NCBI GenBank assembly: GCA_050953045.1 | Contig: JBMNLY010000001.1 | Coordinates: 156,534 to 220,533, forward strand | Source of the DNA: Bacilli bacterium | GTDB taxonomy: Bacteria > Bacillota_I > Bacilli_A > ML615J-28 > CAG-698 | Direction of reading: 5' to 3' | Length of the DNA stretch: 64,000 nucleotides | In this document: positions 38,587 to 53,262 of the stretch, one piece after another | Numbering within the stretch: the first letter of the stretch is position 1 | Layout: every line of letters starts with the position of its first letter | Program-made: the position numbers and the translations under genes | Notes under the pieces: generated by a model | Databases searched by the model: none | What the model was told of the DNA's origin: nothing | The model's input: only the letters and a program-made list of their open reading frames with translations

Positions 38587-39510
38587 ATGTTAATGGTTTT
38601 AGTAGCCGTATTTAGTCTCTTTGCTCTTACAGCTTGTGGAGAAAGAACTTATAAGGCTGACGGTGTTTATGCAGCATTTGCTGAAAGCACAAATTATGGA
38701 GCTCCTCAAATTACAGTTGTAACTGTCACAATTAAAAATGACAAGATTGAAAGCTTCTATATTGATTGCTTACAATCTACAGCTGTAAAAAATGAGGAAG
38801 ATGTTGTAACCGGTTATAATTTTAACGAAAAAACTAAAAAAGAATTACGTTATGATTACCGTATGCACGGACCGGGTATGGATGAAGAAGAATATTTAGA
38901 TTATCTTGAAGAAAATAACAAACTTGAATGGTTTGAACAAGCAGAACTTCTTGAAGCTTATTTCAAAGAAAACGGCACAGATTTAACTGTTGACAAAGAT
39001 GGCTATATTCAAAACGTTTCTGGTGTTTCCATTGTCGATAGCGATTATTCAAAATTAGCTAAAAAAGCAGTTGAAAATGCGAAAGCCGGAAAAGTTTATA
39101 GCTGGGTTGCAACAGGTGGCTCAACTACTAGTCTGATTTGGGCTGAAGGTACAGTTGATAAGAATGGCAAATTAACCAGCCTGAAACTTGATACTCGCCA
39201 AGGAAGAATAACCGACGGTACATTTGCTTGGGATGAAGAAACCAAACAAGAAAAGGGTTATGATTATCGTATGCATGGACCAGGCATGGAAGAAGAAGCA
39301 TATTTAGATTATCTTGAAGAAAATAACAAACTTGAATGGTTTGAACAAGCAGATCTCTTAGCTGCTTATGTTCTTGAAAACGGCTTGGCGAATGTAAAAT
39401 ATGATGATAACGGCAAACTTGATAATGCACCGGAAGCAATCGCTGAGGTCTCAGTTACCGTTAACCATTATGTAAAAGTTATGAAAGATTTAGTAGATAA
39501 CTGGAAATAA
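38587..39510 (+). CDS. lipoprotein with internal ~50-aa duplication; 5' end (first 4 codons, RBS, promoter) severed by transposon
   Basis: lipobox LFALTAC; repeat YDYRMHGPGM(D/E)EEEYLDYLEENNKLEWFEQA twice; residual ORF lacks SD and positively charged n-region. Confidence 0.7.
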   Translation: MLMVLVAVFSLFALTACGERTYKADGVYAAFAESTNYGAPQITVVTVTIKNDKIESFYIDCLQSTAVKNEEDVVTGYNFNEKTKKELRYDYRMHGPGMDEEEYLDYLEENNKLEWFEQAELLEAYFKENGTDLTVDKDGYIQNVSGVSIVDSDYSKLAKKAVENAKAGKVYSWVATGGSTTSLIWAEGTVDKNGKLTSLKLDTRQGRITDGTFAWDEETKQEKGYDYRMHGPGMEEEAYLDYLEENNKLEWFEQADLLAAYVLENGLANVKYDDNGKLDNAPEAIAEVSVTVNHYVKVMKDLVDNWK

Positions 39511-39520
39511 GAAAAATAAA

Positions 39521-39552
39521 TTGAGCGTTGTCCTTTCAACGCTCAATTTTCT
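39521..39552 (+). terminator. rho-independent terminator
   Basis: TTGAGCGTTGTCCTTTCAACGCTCAA + TTTTCTT. Confidence 0.6.
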
Positions 39553-39609
39553 TGTGTAATTCATTAGAAATCGTATATTAGCAGCTGAATTAATCAATAC
39601 TAAATTAGG

Positions 39610-40134
39610 GTGATTAAGATCAATAAAGCTGAAAACAGATACTTTCTTAAAGAAGTATTAATTAAATCGATGATTATCGGAATCAGTTTTTACTTTTTTC
39701 GGAGTCTAGTGCTTAGCAGTAATTCCAGATTTATTTCAATCGTCTTTAGGAATCCGAACAGTCTTTTCTCTTTATATAAATTCTTTTTTCTTGCAGTTAC
39801 GGTTTTGGTGATTGGAGAATACTTGATTATGTTTAAACTTCCGCCAAATTTCTTACTTTCCCGAGTTATCGGTTTAGTTGTTATGTTTCTTTTAACAACC
39901 ATTCTTTATAGCGGTTATTATTTTAGTTTTGGAGCAAGAATCCGCACCGCCTTTCTTTTGTTAACGACGGGAATTGCGATTATTTTCGGGCAAATTATTT
40001 CTTACCGGGTTCAAAAAAGGAAAAACTTAAGGTGGGGTCATTCATTAGGGTTCTTTAACTATTTTTTGATTGCAACAGTTTTGATGGGGCTTTCCCTTGC
40101 CAAGTTGGAAGGGTTTATTTTTCTAGACTCGTAG
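39610..40134 (+). CDS. hypothetical multi-pass membrane protein (GTG start; may be spurious in T-rich DNA)
   Basis: Phe/Leu-rich ORF, four hydrophobic stretches. Confidence 0.3.
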   Translation: MIKINKAENRYFLKEVLIKSMIIGISFYFFRSLVLSSNSRFISIVFRNPNSLFSLYKFFFLAVTVLVIGEYLIMFKLPPNFLLSRVIGLVVMFLLTTILYSGYYFSFGARIRTAFLLLTTGIAIIFGQIISYRVQKRKNLRWGHSLGFFNYFLIATVLMGLSLAKLEGFIFLDS

Positions 40135-40255
40135 GAGTCTTTTTTCAACTTTTATTGAAAAACCAGTTCTAATTAGATCAAGATATTTTTCTTTACAAAG
40201 AATCTAAATTATGTTAATATTAATAGAAAGTAGATATCAAGAGGAGTGTTTTTAG

Positions 40256-41631
40256 TGGAAAAAATCACGATGGAAAAGCTTGTTGCTTATTTAAAGCAAT
40301 ATGGCTTTGTTTATCAAGGAAGTGAAATTTACGGCGGCCTCGCAAACTCATGGGATTTTGGTCCGATGGGCGTCGAACTTAAGAATAATATTAAAAAAGC
40401 TTGGTGGAAGAAATTTATTCAAGAATCTCCCTATAATGTCGGTATCGATTCCGCAATTCTTATGAACCCAAAGGTTTGGGTTGCAAGCGGTCATGTCGGT
40501 AGTTTCTCCGACCCCTTAACCGATTGTAAAGAATGCGGTGTTCGTTATCGAGCGGACAAGCTGGTTGAAGAGCACACGCAGGGCGAAGTAACTGGCGACG
40601 GCATGACTAATGAAGAATTAATCGATTTTATCAGAAAAGAAAATGTTAAATGCCCGAGTTGCGGAAAAAGCGACTTTACGGATATCAGAAAATTCAATTT
40701 AATGTTTAAGACTAATCAAGGTGTAATTGATGATGAAAAGAACACCGTTTATTTGCGTCCGGAAACCGCCCAAGGCATCTTTGTGAATTTTAAAAATGTT
40801 CAAAGAAGTTCAAGGAAGAAGCTTCCTTTTGGAATCGGTCAAATCGGAAAGAGTTTTCGTAATGAAATCACGCCTGGAAACTTTATTTTTAGGACCCGTG
40901 AATTTGAACAAATGGAAATGCAATTCTTCTGCAAACCCGGAACTGATTTAGAATGGTTTGCTTATTGGAAAGAGTTCTGCAGGGATTTTCTAAATTATTT
41001 AGGTCTTTCCGAAGATAATCTTCGCTATCGCGACCATAGCGCCAAAGAACTATCCTTTTATTCGAAAGCGACAACCGATATCGAATATTTATTTCCATTC
41101 GGTTGGGGTGAATTATGGGGGATAGCTGACAGAACCGATTATGACCTTCGCGTTCATCAAGAACACTCCGGGGAAAATATGGAATATTTTGATCCTGATG
41201 ACAATACGCGTTATTTTCCGTTTGTCATTGAACCTTCAGTCGGTGTTGAACGCTTGCTGCTTGCGGTTTTGGCGGAAAGTTTAGAAAGAGAAGAACTCGC
41301 CGACGGTGAGTGTCGCGATCTTTTACGCTTGAAGCCCTACCTTGCACCGATTAAGGTTGCTGTTCTTCCCTTAGTCAATAAACTAACAGACAAAGCCCTT
41401 GAAGTTTATGGAGATTTGCGGAAAGAATTCATGTGTGAATTTGATACCAGCGGCAAAATTGGAAAAAGATATCGCCGTCAGGATGCTATCGGTACACCTT
41501 TCTGCGTCACAATTGATTACGATACTTTAGAAGACGAAAGCGTAACCGTCCGTGAACGCGATAGTATGGCCCAAGAAAGAATACCGATCAGAGAACTTGC
41601 TGACTATATCAATCAAAAAATAAAAGGATAG
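40256..41631 (+). CDS. glyQS: glycine--tRNA ligase (class II homodimeric GlyQS type); start GTG 40256 or ATG 40273
   Basis: [40 protein letters not shown]; anticodon-binding C-term. Confidence 0.85.
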
Positions 41632-41640
41632 TGATGAAGT

Positions 41641-43386
41641 TTGTTAATTCCTGAGGCTACAATTCAAAAAATCAGAGAAGAAGCGGACCTTGTTCAAATT
41701 ATTGGGGAATTTGTAAAACTGGAGAAGAAAGGAAATAATTATCTCGGTTTATGCCCCTTTCATCAAGATAACAATCCGTCTCTTACCGTTTCGCCGACCA
41801 AAAAAATTTATACTTGCTTCAGTTGCGGAGCGAAAGGAAATGTTTTTACCTTCCTCCAAAACTTTAATAATATTTCTTTTGTTGAAGCGGTCAAATATGT
41901 CGGCGAAAAAAGCGGAATTGCGGTTAATATTGCCACATATTACAGTAAAACACAATATTACGAGAAATATTACAAGATTCTCGAAACAGCAACAAAATTT
42001 TATGAGTTTTTCTTAAAAAATTCAGCCGAAGGAAAAAAAGCTTTAGATTATCTGCATAAAAGAAACTTAAATGATGAGATAATAAAGAGATTCCGAATCG
42101 GGCTAGCTCCGAAAGAAAATGATTTATTATATAAGTCTCTCTTACAAGAGAAGCATCAACCCCTGGATATGATTGAAGCCGGGGTTGTCCGCAGTTATCG
42201 GGACTCATATTTTGATATTTTTAAGAATCGAATCGTATTTCCGCTTGAAGACATAGACGGTCATATCGTCGGTTTCAGCGGTCGCCTTTATACAAAAATC
42301 GCCAATGAGCCCAAGTATGTAAACACCAGCGAAAACAAGATTTTTAAAAAAGGCAAACTCTTATATAATTTCTTCCGAAACATAAATGAGATCCGTCTTC
42401 AGGATGAAATCTATGTTTTTGAAGGCTTTTTGGATGTAATCGCCGCCTATCGTGTCGGCATTAATAATGCAGTTGCGATTATGGGAACGGCTTTAACTGA
42501 GGACCAGATTCAAGCGATTTCCAAAGCAACCAAGAACATAATAATTTGTTATGATGGCGATACAGCAGGAATTGAAGCAACCAAAAGAGCGATTCGTCTT
42601 TTAACGGGATCCGGTTTTAATGTCCGAGCAGTCTTAATGCCGGAAGACCTCGATCCCGATGATTATCTGAATCGATATGGGGCGAATAAACTTAAGGAAC
42701 TCTTAGAGAATTCAGAAAGCGGAATCGAATATCTTTATAAGGTTGCGAAAATTAAATTAAATTATGAAGATTTGGTTAGCGTTGAGGCTTTTAAAACCGA
42801 AATCTTTCAATATTTAAAAGCTTTCAATTCCTTTGTGCTCACGGAGAAGTTTCTCCAAAAACTTTCCGAAGATTTACAGGTCAGCGTAGATAGCTTAAAA
42901 GCTGATTTCGGCCGGATTGATTATCGCCCGCTTCCGAAAACCAAAACTCCGAGGCGATTAATCAAATGGGAGTCGAGTGAAACAAAGTTTTTGAAATCCG
43001 AAAAAGAGCTGGTCAGAAGATCATATCAGGATAAAAAATTTTGTCTTGAACTTTATAAGGATTTAGATTCGCATTATGTTGAATTTAAAAATTTCTGCCT
43101 TTTAGGCAAAATCTATGATTATTATCAAATAAATGATATAATTAATCACGATGAGTTTTTAAAAAATCTCAAAGAAGAAGAAAAAAAACTTTTTGAAGAT
43201 ATTATAAACTCAAAAGAAGCAATCTATCAAGATTTGCCAACTGCGGTTTTAATTAAAACCGTCAAACAATATGAAATTATAAAAAAATACGAAATAGAAA
43301 AAGAAGCGATAAAAGAAAATCTTAATGGCGAGAATTTAAAGAAATTTGCCGAATTAAGAAAAGAAACATTGTTTCATAAGGAGTAG
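41641..43386 (+). CDS. dnaG: DNA primase (TTG start)
   Basis: zinc ribbon [15 protein letters not shown]...[24 protein letters not shown]. Confidence 0.85.
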   Translation: MLIPEATIQKIREEADLVQIIGEFVKLEKKGNNYLGLCPFHQDNNPSLTVSPTKKIYTCFSCGAKGNVFTFLQNFNNISFVEAVKYVGEKSGIAVNIATYYSKTQYYEKYYKILETATKFYEFFLKNSAEGKKALDYLHKRNLNDEIIKRFRIGLAPKENDLLYKSLLQEKHQPLDMIEAGVVRSYRDSYFDIFKNRIVFPLEDIDGHIVGFSGRLYTKIANEPKYVNTSENKIFKKGKLLYNFFRNINEIRLQDEIYVFEGFLDVIAAYRVGINNAVAIMGTALTEDQIQAISKATKNIIICYDGDTAGIEATKRAIRLLTGSGFNVRAVLMPEDLDPDDYLNRYGANKLKELLENSESGIEYLYKVAKIKLNYEDLVSVEAFKTEIFQYLKAFNSFVLTEKFLQKLSEDLQVSVDSLKADFGRIDYRPLPKTKTPRRLIKWESSETKFLKSEKELVRRSYQDKKFCLELYKDLDSHYVEFKNFCLLGKIYDYYQINDIINHDEFLKNLKEEEKKLFEDIINSKEAIYQDLPTAVLIKTVKQYEIIKKYEIEKEAIKENLNGENLKKFAELRKETLFHKE

Positions 43387-43390
43387 TTCT

Positions 43391-44653
43391 ATGATCTATG
43401 AAAATAAAGCTTTAATGGAATTAATCGAAGAAGGAAAAAAGAATGGATATATTGCAATCAGAGACATCTTAGCTATCGTTAATGAGGACAGCGAAGAATT
43501 TGATGAAGTTTCAAAACTTTTAGAAAATGAAAATATCGATTTAGTTCGAGATGATGACCTCGAAGCTTATGAGACCGGAATCGAAGAAGACAACGGAAAT
43601 CTGAGCGATGATTTCGAAGGTTTTATCGGAGAACTCGATAATGATCCCGAATTCAGTGAATTTACTAATGAAATCGAAAATGATTTAAAAACCAAAGATA
43701 TCGACGATATCGTTTCAACTTTTGCTGCACCGACACAAACCGATGATCCGGTTAAGATGTATCTGAAAGAAATAGGTCAGATCCCCCTCCTTACTACAAA
43801 CCGGGAGTTAGAACTTTCCCGGACCGTTCAACAAGGTCTTCTTGCAAGCGATATTTTAAAACAAGTTGAAAAAGGGAAGAAAGAAATCACAGCCGAAGAC
43901 AAAGAAAGATATAACCTTTATGTTCAAGAGGGCTTAGATGCTCGGGAAATTTTGATTGAATCCAATTTGCGTTTGGTTGTATCGATTGCGAAACGTTATC
44001 TTGGACGCGGCTTGCAATTTCAAGACCTAATTCAAGAAGGAAATATGGGTTTAATGAAAGCTGTCAATAAATTTGACCCTACTAAGGGTTTTAAATTCTC
44101 TACCTATGCAACCTGGTGGATCAGACAAGCGATTACCAGGGCGATTGCGGACCAAGCAAGAACAATCCGAATCCCAGTGCATATGGTCGAAACCATCAAT
44201 AAACTCGTCCGTACTCAAAGAAAGTTAACCCAGGAATTAAGACGGGAACCCACACCGGAAGAAATTGCTGCCGAAATGAAGATTTCGGTTGAAAAAGTCC
44301 AACAAATACAAAAGATTGCACAAGAACCGGTTTCACTTGAAACCCCGGTCGGCGAAGAGGACGATTCAACTTTAGGTGATTTTGTCCATGATACCGAGCT
44401 TCCCAATCCTCTCGATTATACAATTAACGAAAAATACAAAGAAGAAATCGATACTGTCTTAAAAACACTCACACCCCGCGAGGAAAAGGTTTTACGTTTG
44501 CGTTTCGGACTTACGGACGGAAAACCGCATACTCTCGAGGAAGTTGGAAAAGAATTTGGCGTAACCAGAGAAAGAATCCGCCAAATCGAAGCCAAGGCAA
44601 TCAGACGCCTCCGGCATCCGACCCGTCAGAAACGTCTCAGTCAGTATAAGTAA
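43391..44653 (+). CDS. sigA: RNA polymerase sigma factor SigA/RpoD
   Basis: regions 2-4: [28 protein letters not shown]-term HTH. Confidence 0.9.
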   Translation: MIYENKALMELIEEGKKNGYIAIRDILAIVNEDSEEFDEVSKLLENENIDLVRDDDLEAYETGIEEDNGNLSDDFEGFIGELDNDPEFSEFTNEIENDLKTKDIDDIVSTFAAPTQTDDPVKMYLKEIGQIPLLTTNRELELSRTVQQGLLASDILKQVEKGKKEITAEDKERYNLYVQEGLDAREILIESNLRLVVSIAKRYLGRGLQFQDLIQEGNMGLMKAVNKFDPTKGFKFSTYATWWIRQAITRAIADQARTIRIPVHMVETINKLVRTQRKLTQELRREPTPEEIAAEMKISVEKVQQIQKIAQEPVSLETPVGEEDDSTLGDFVHDTELPNPLDYTINEKYKEEIDTVLKTLTPREEKVLRLRFGLTDGKPHTLEEVGKEFGVTRERIRQIEAKAIRRLRHPTRQKRLSQYK

Positions 44654-44682
44654 AGCCGATTCGCCAGAATTGGCTTTTTTCT
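44653..44682 (+). terminator. rho-independent terminator after sigA
   Basis: AGCCGATTCGCCAGAATTGGCT + TTTTTT. Confidence 0.55.
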
Positions 44683-44685
44683 GTG

Positions 44686-44800
44686 TGCCAGACGGTATGA
44701 AACTAGGGCATGATGCGTTAGACCGCTATCTAAATGTGGATACTGTAATATTGGACGTACCGCCGGATACAAGGCCCGTACGTCCAGTCTGTGAGAGGGA
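44686..44800 (+). ncRNA. candidate structured RNA / GC-rich intergenic island (about 50% GC) between sigA and trmK
   Basis: stems GGACGTAC...GTACGTCC and CCAGAC...GTCTG; no ORF; composition deviates from AT-rich intergenic norm. Confidence 0.2.
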
Positions 44801-44828
44801 TGAATTTTAAAAAAATATCTCTACTCGA

Positions 44829-44857
44829 TTGAAATAAACTAGGCTTTAAGATATAAT
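44829..44857 (+). promoter_or_regulatory. promoter for trmK (TTGAAA -17- TATAAT)
   Basis: consensus hexamers and spacing. Confidence 0.5.
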
Positions 44858-44881
44858 ACTTTTGAAAGACAGGTGCTTTTT

Positions 44882-45535
44882 ATGATTTCCGAAAGAATAA
44901 AAACCTTGGCCGCACTTGTTCCCCCAGCAAAAAGTTTGGCGGATGTCGGCTGTGATCATGGATATTTATTAGTCGAAGCCTTTCAAAAATATGGTTTGGA
45001 TTATGCCGTCGCCATCGACAACAAAGAACTCCCTTTAAAAAATGCTCGCGATAATTTAAAGCGCTACCCCTTTTTCTCACAAATCCGTTTCAGTCTTTCC
45101 GATGGACTCGAAGATTTAAAAGAAGAAGTGGAAGCAATCGTGATTGCCGGAATGGGAGGGATTTTAATAACTCAGATTTTAAAAGAAGGTTTAACTAAAC
45201 ACCGTGAAGCAAAATATATCTTCCAGGCTAACCGAAATCTCTACGAATTAAGAAGGTTTCTATATGAAGAAAAAATGGAGATCGCATCTGAGAAGATTAT
45301 CTTTGAAGACGGACAGTACTATGAGATAATCGTTTCTAAGGCTGCGAAAAAGCCTCTAGTTTATACGGAAGCGGACCTTATTTTCGGTCCAGTCTTAAGA
45401 CGGACAAAACCGCCTTTGTTTTTGGAGAAATTAAAAGCAGAAATACTAAGGATTTCTGAAATTGATCATCCGGATATAAAAATGAAAATCAAAAGAATCG
45501 AGGAAGAGTTATATGAAAATAAGCACAATCACTGA
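44882..45535 (+). CDS. trmK: tRNA (adenine22-N1)-methyltransferase
   Basis: MISERIKTLAALV...LADVGCDHGYL motif I. Confidence 0.8.
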   Translation: MISERIKTLAALVPPAKSLADVGCDHGYLLVEAFQKYGLDYAVAIDNKELPLKNARDNLKRYPFFSQIRFSLSDGLEDLKEEVEAIVIAGMGGILITQILKEGLTKHREAKYIFQANRNLYELRRFLYEEKMEIASEKIIFEDGQYYEIIVSKAAKKPLVYTEADLIFGPVLRRTKPPLFLEKLKAEILRISEIDHPDIKMKIKRIEEELYENKHNH

Positions 45536-46295
45536 TTATTTAGAGCGGAGATTCCCTCAAGACCTTGCCTCCGATATTGACTACGGTAAAGTCGGTTTTA
45601 TAATTGGAAACGAAGACTTAGAATTAAAGAACATCCTGCTTGCTTTGGATTTAAATCTTGCTGTTATCCATGAGGCGATTGACCGGGATGCGAATTTAAT
45701 CATCGTTCACCATCCCTTTATTTTTCATCCGCTTACAAAGATTCATTTTAATGATAAATATGGGAAAATCTTACGGTTGATGTTTGAAAACCAGATATCG
45801 CTTTACGTAACCCATACGGCGCTTGATGTCGGTAAAGGTGGAGTTAATGATACGCTCGCAAGACTTTTAGAAATTAAGGATTTAAATTATGAAATAGAAA
45901 AAGACCGCTTCCTCCGTTATGGGAAAATCGAAGCGATCTTCTTAAAAGACTTAGCTATCAAGGTTAAAGAAAAGTTTGCGCTCACGGGACTTAGATTGGC
46001 CGGAAACGGTGAACAAGTTATCCGCTATTTAGGAATTATCGGCGGGAGCGGAGGTCGCGAAAGCGATATTGATTTGGCTCTAACTTTAGGACTGGATTGT
46101 TATATTACTTCTGAAGTCAGTTTACATGCCGCTCAAAAGGCGGTTGAGAATAATCTTGCCATTATTGAAGTTAATCATGGCATTGAAAAGTTTGTTTTTA
46201 TTACCCTTGCGGAAGAATTAAAAGAAGAGTTTAGCTTAGAGGAACAAATCTTTATTTCCAAAATTGAAACAGATCCTTTTATAACCATTAAATGA
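45513..46295 (+). CDS. Nif3-family dinuclear metal centre protein (YqfO-like)
   Basis: HHP..FHPL and conserved His/Glu ligands; follows trmK as in B. subtilis. Confidence 0.8.
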   Translation: MKISTITDYLERRFPQDLASDIDYGKVGFIIGNEDLELKNILLALDLNLAVIHEAIDRDANLIIVHHPFIFHPLTKIHFNDKYGKILRLMFENQISLYVTHTALDVGKGGVNDTLARLLEIKDLNYEIEKDRFLRYGKIEAIFLKDLAIKVKEKFALTGLRLAGNGEQVIRYLGIIGGSGGRESDIDLALTLGLDCYITSEVSLHAAQKAVENNLAIIEVNHGIEKFVFITLAEELKEEFSLEEQIFISKIETDPFITIK

Positions 46296-46321
46296 AAAAG
46301 TCGGTAATTACTTACCGACAA

Positions 46322-46489
46322 TTATCTTTCAATAATAGCTTCTACAGGGCATACTTCCTGACATGCGCCGCAATCGATGCAAGCTTCTTCATCAATAACA
46401 TAAATATCGCCTTCACTGATGCAGTCGACGGGGCATTCTGCTTGGCAAGAACCACAAGCTATACATGAATCTAAAATAAATCTTGGCAT
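46322..46489 (-). CDS. 2x[4Fe-4S] ferredoxin (55 aa), not in ORF track
   Basis: rc translation MPRFILDSCIACGSCQAECPVDCI...CIDCGACQEVCPVEAI; RBS GAGGAGGA. Confidence 0.7.
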   Translation of the reverse strand: MPRFILDSCIACGSCQAECPVDCISEGDIYVIDEEACIDCGACQEVCPVEAIIER

Positions 46490-46623
46490 CTTAATCCTCC
46501 TCGTTAACTGTGTTAATTATATCATTTATTTAAAAAAAGGTAAACACTTTACAAACATTTTCATTGTCTTTTTATATATTTTGTAGTAAAATAGATATAG
46601 TTTATAATAAAGGAGTGAACATA

Positions 46624-46854
46624 ATGGTAGAATTAGCTTGGTGGTGGTTTGTTCTCATACTCTTAGGTGTGCTGATTGTTGGAGCTGTCATTGGTTTCTT
46701 TGTTGCAAGAAAGGTTTTCTCTTCTTATTTAGAAAAAAACCCGCCTGTAACTGAAAAAATGATCCGTGTGATGATGCAACAAATGGGCAGAACACCATCC
46801 GAAAAACAAGTCCGTCAAATCATGGCTTCTATGAATCAAGCTCGAAACAAGTAA
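46624..46854 (+). CDS. yneF: UPF0154 family small membrane protein (YneF-like); true start ATG 46624
   Basis: MVELAWWWFVLILLGVLIVGAVIGFFVARK...EKNPPVTEKMIRVMMQQMGRTPSEKQ matches YneF. Confidence 0.75.
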   Translation: MVELAWWWFVLILLGVLIVGAVIGFFVARKVFSSYLEKNPPVTEKMIRVMMQQMGRTPSEKQVRQIMASMNQARNK

Positions 46855-46860
46855 TAAACT

Positions 46861-46886
46861 AGGCCGTATGCTACGGCTTTTTTTAT
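46861..46886. terminator. bidirectional terminator between yneF and plsY
   Basis: AGCCGTATGCTACGGCT + T-run. Confidence 0.6.
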
Positions 46887-47536
46887 TTATTCTTATGAAT
46901 TAAAAAAGTAACTTTATTTTCCTTTTTATTTTTTAATCTGACAATATTTTCATAGTGGCGATAAAAGATGATTAGTACTATTAAAACGCAGAAAATCGGA
47001 AAATAATAATTTATTGGGTAACCAAAAACAGGATCATAACCGATAATATAAAGAATAAGGGCAGAAATTAAGGTGAAAATTGCACTCAAAAGCGAACCTA
47101 AGGAAACATAGCGAGTTAAGGCTACAATAATAAAGAAAAAGAGAATCAAAACCGGAAGTAGCCATGGACAAAAGCCCAAGATAACACCGCTGCTGGTAGC
47201 AACCGCTTTTCCGCCTTTAAATTTTAGAAAGACCGAACATGTATGACCGATAACAGCAAGCAAACCATAAAGAAGCGGAGAAATTACCATATAGGTAGCG
47301 GGGATGATTCCAAAACGGAAAAGAAAAACAAAGAGGCCACCCTTAGTTGCATCTAGTAAGTAAGCTAAAACAGCATATTTTTTACCAAGAACACGGCCGA
47401 CATTTGTAGAACCGATATTTTTACTTCCATGGTCACGAATATCGACGCCTTTAACCTTCCCGATAATAAATCCAAAAGGAATTGCGCCGAAAAAATATGC
47501 TAAAACAAGAATTATTATTTTAAGTGCTAGTACCAT
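46883..47536 (-). CDS. plsY: glycerol-3-phosphate acyltransferase PlsY
   Basis: ..GSKNIGSTNVGRVLGKK..; RBS AAGGTGA before ATG (MVLALK). Confidence 0.85.
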   Translation of the reverse strand: MVLALKIIILVLAYFFGAIPFGFIIGKVKGVDIRDHGSKNIGSTNVGRVLGKKYAVLAYLLDATKGGLFVFLFRFGIIPATYMVISPLLYGLLAVIGHTCSVFLKFKGGKAVATSSGVILGFCPWLLPVLILFFFIIVALTRYVSLGSLLSAIFTLISALILYIIGYDPVFGYPINYYFPIFCVLIVLIIFYRHYENIVRLKNKKENKVTFLIHKNK

Positions 47537-47713
47537 AAAAATCACCTTGTTCTATTATATTATATCCTTTATTCAAATGCAAGAAGAAAATATATTTCAA
47601 TAAAATACATTTTTCTACAGGTTTAACATACGCATTAATATAAAATGAGTATATTTATTTAATCGAAATAATGATTTACATTTCCTTAAATATATGCTAT
47701 AATATAGTCATGA

Positions 47714-52124
<4,411 letters not shown>

Positions 52125-52145
52125 AATTCTATAAAATAGGGCTCT

Positions 52146-52198
52146 TCAGAGAAGATTATCTTAATGATGGCGAATAGTTCATCATTAATCTTCTCTGA
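52146..52198. repeat. hairpin element carrying GAGAAGATTATCTT motif (TCAGAGAAGATTA[TCT]TAATGATG - loop - CATCATTAATCTTCTCTGA)
   Basis: 20-bp inverted repeat; prototype of motif family recurring 52.1-59.4 kb. Confidence 0.7.
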
Positions 52199-52218
52199 AT
52201 CTGGCAAAGGAGTTCATT

Positions 52219-53262
52219 ATGAGCACAGTACTTAATATCAATCGTTTCATCATCCCTAACGATGTTGTAGTTTCGCTTTCGACGGTTTACCGCTGGATCG
52301 GAAAAAATGGATTTTTTGAAGAAACGGTTAAAACTGATTTAAATAGGATTGTACAAGCAACAGTTGAAAGAGATGCTTATTTTCTTTTAAAAATCTTAGA
52401 TTTAAATGTAACCGATTCAAGAGCTCGTTTGATTATTACCAAGAATTCTAATCCTCGTACCAAGGATGAAACTGCACTCTTTCGGCTCAAGGAATTGCTG
52501 TTACAAATTCAAGAAAATTATCGCGAAATCCGCCACCAAAGCAATGATTTATTAGACTTGGCTAATTTTCTTTTCTCACATTATCATGAGATAAAATTTA
52601 CTTATGAAGAAACAGATAAGAAAACTGTTTTAAAAAGTCAAGCCAATCGCAGCAAACGCTTAATTTTGGATAAAATCAATGAACAGGCTGATGAAATTAA
52701 TGAAAAAAAGAGTTTTGAAAAACTCGTGCTTTACTTAAATCTTTTTATCGATTTTTATAATATTGCTCCCTTTACGGAGAGGAATAAAGAAGTATCTTTA
52801 ATCTTGTTATTGCTATTACTCTTAAAAGCGGATCTTGAAGCTTTTCGGTATGTCAGCTTTTTTGAACTCTTGAATAATAACTTATCTGAATTTAAAACTG
52901 AAGTCAAAAATGCCAGTTTTAACTGGAAAGAGGGTTTTGCTCAAACAATGGGCTTTATCCGTTTTATGTTGCGTTTAGTAATAAATGCTTATGAAAAAGC
53001 TTATGATATCATTAAAGATTATCAGTTTGATACTAATTTAAATAAGGGTTATAATATCAAAAACACAATACTTAAACTGCCGCAAATCTTTACAAAAGAT
53101 GAAATAAGAATCTTACATCCTTTTGTGAGTGATTCTACAATTAACCGGACCTTAATTAGAATGCGGGATGAGGGGTTGATTAAACCATTAGGAAAAGGAA
53201 GATCCGCAAAATGGATTCGGATCACTCAGGAAAAGGACTATGGCAAAAACCAACTATCATAA
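52219..53262 (+). CDS. hypothetical protein with C-terminal winged-helix DNA-binding domain (possibly degenerate Fic/DOC-like)
   Basis: C-term ..RTLIRMRDEGLIKPLGKGRSAKWIRI wHTH pattern; no intact HPFx[DE]GNGR motif. Confidence 0.45.
   Translation: MSTVLNINRFIIPNDVVVSLSTVYRWIGKNGFFEETVKTDLNRIVQATVERDAYFLLKILDLNVTDSRARLIITKNSNPRTKDETALFRLKELLLQIQENYREIRHQSNDLLDLANFLFSHYHEIKFTYEETDKKTVLKSQANRSKRLILDKINEQADEINEKKSFEKLVLYLNLFIDFYNIAPFTERNKEVSLILLLLLLLKADLEAFRYVSFFELLNNNLSEFKTEVKNASFNWKEGFAQTMGFIRFMLRLVINAYEKAYDIIKDYQFDTNLNKGYNIKNTILKLPQIFTKDEIRILHPFVSDSTINRTLIRMRDEGLIKPLGKGRSAKWIRITQEKDYGKNQLS

Noticed and set aside
39560-40255. T-box riboswitch upstream of glyQS (AAATTAGGGTGA at about 39603 resembles start of T-box consensus)
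   Set aside because: Match does not extend into the conserved GGGTGGTACCGCG core, no antiterminator/terminator pair, and it lies 650 nt from the glyQS start with an ORF in between.
45291-45305. Extra copy of GAGAAGATTATCTTT inside trmK coding sequence
   Set aside because: In-frame codons for conserved ..SEKIIFED..; gene is intact, so interpreted as coincidental rather than an inserted element.
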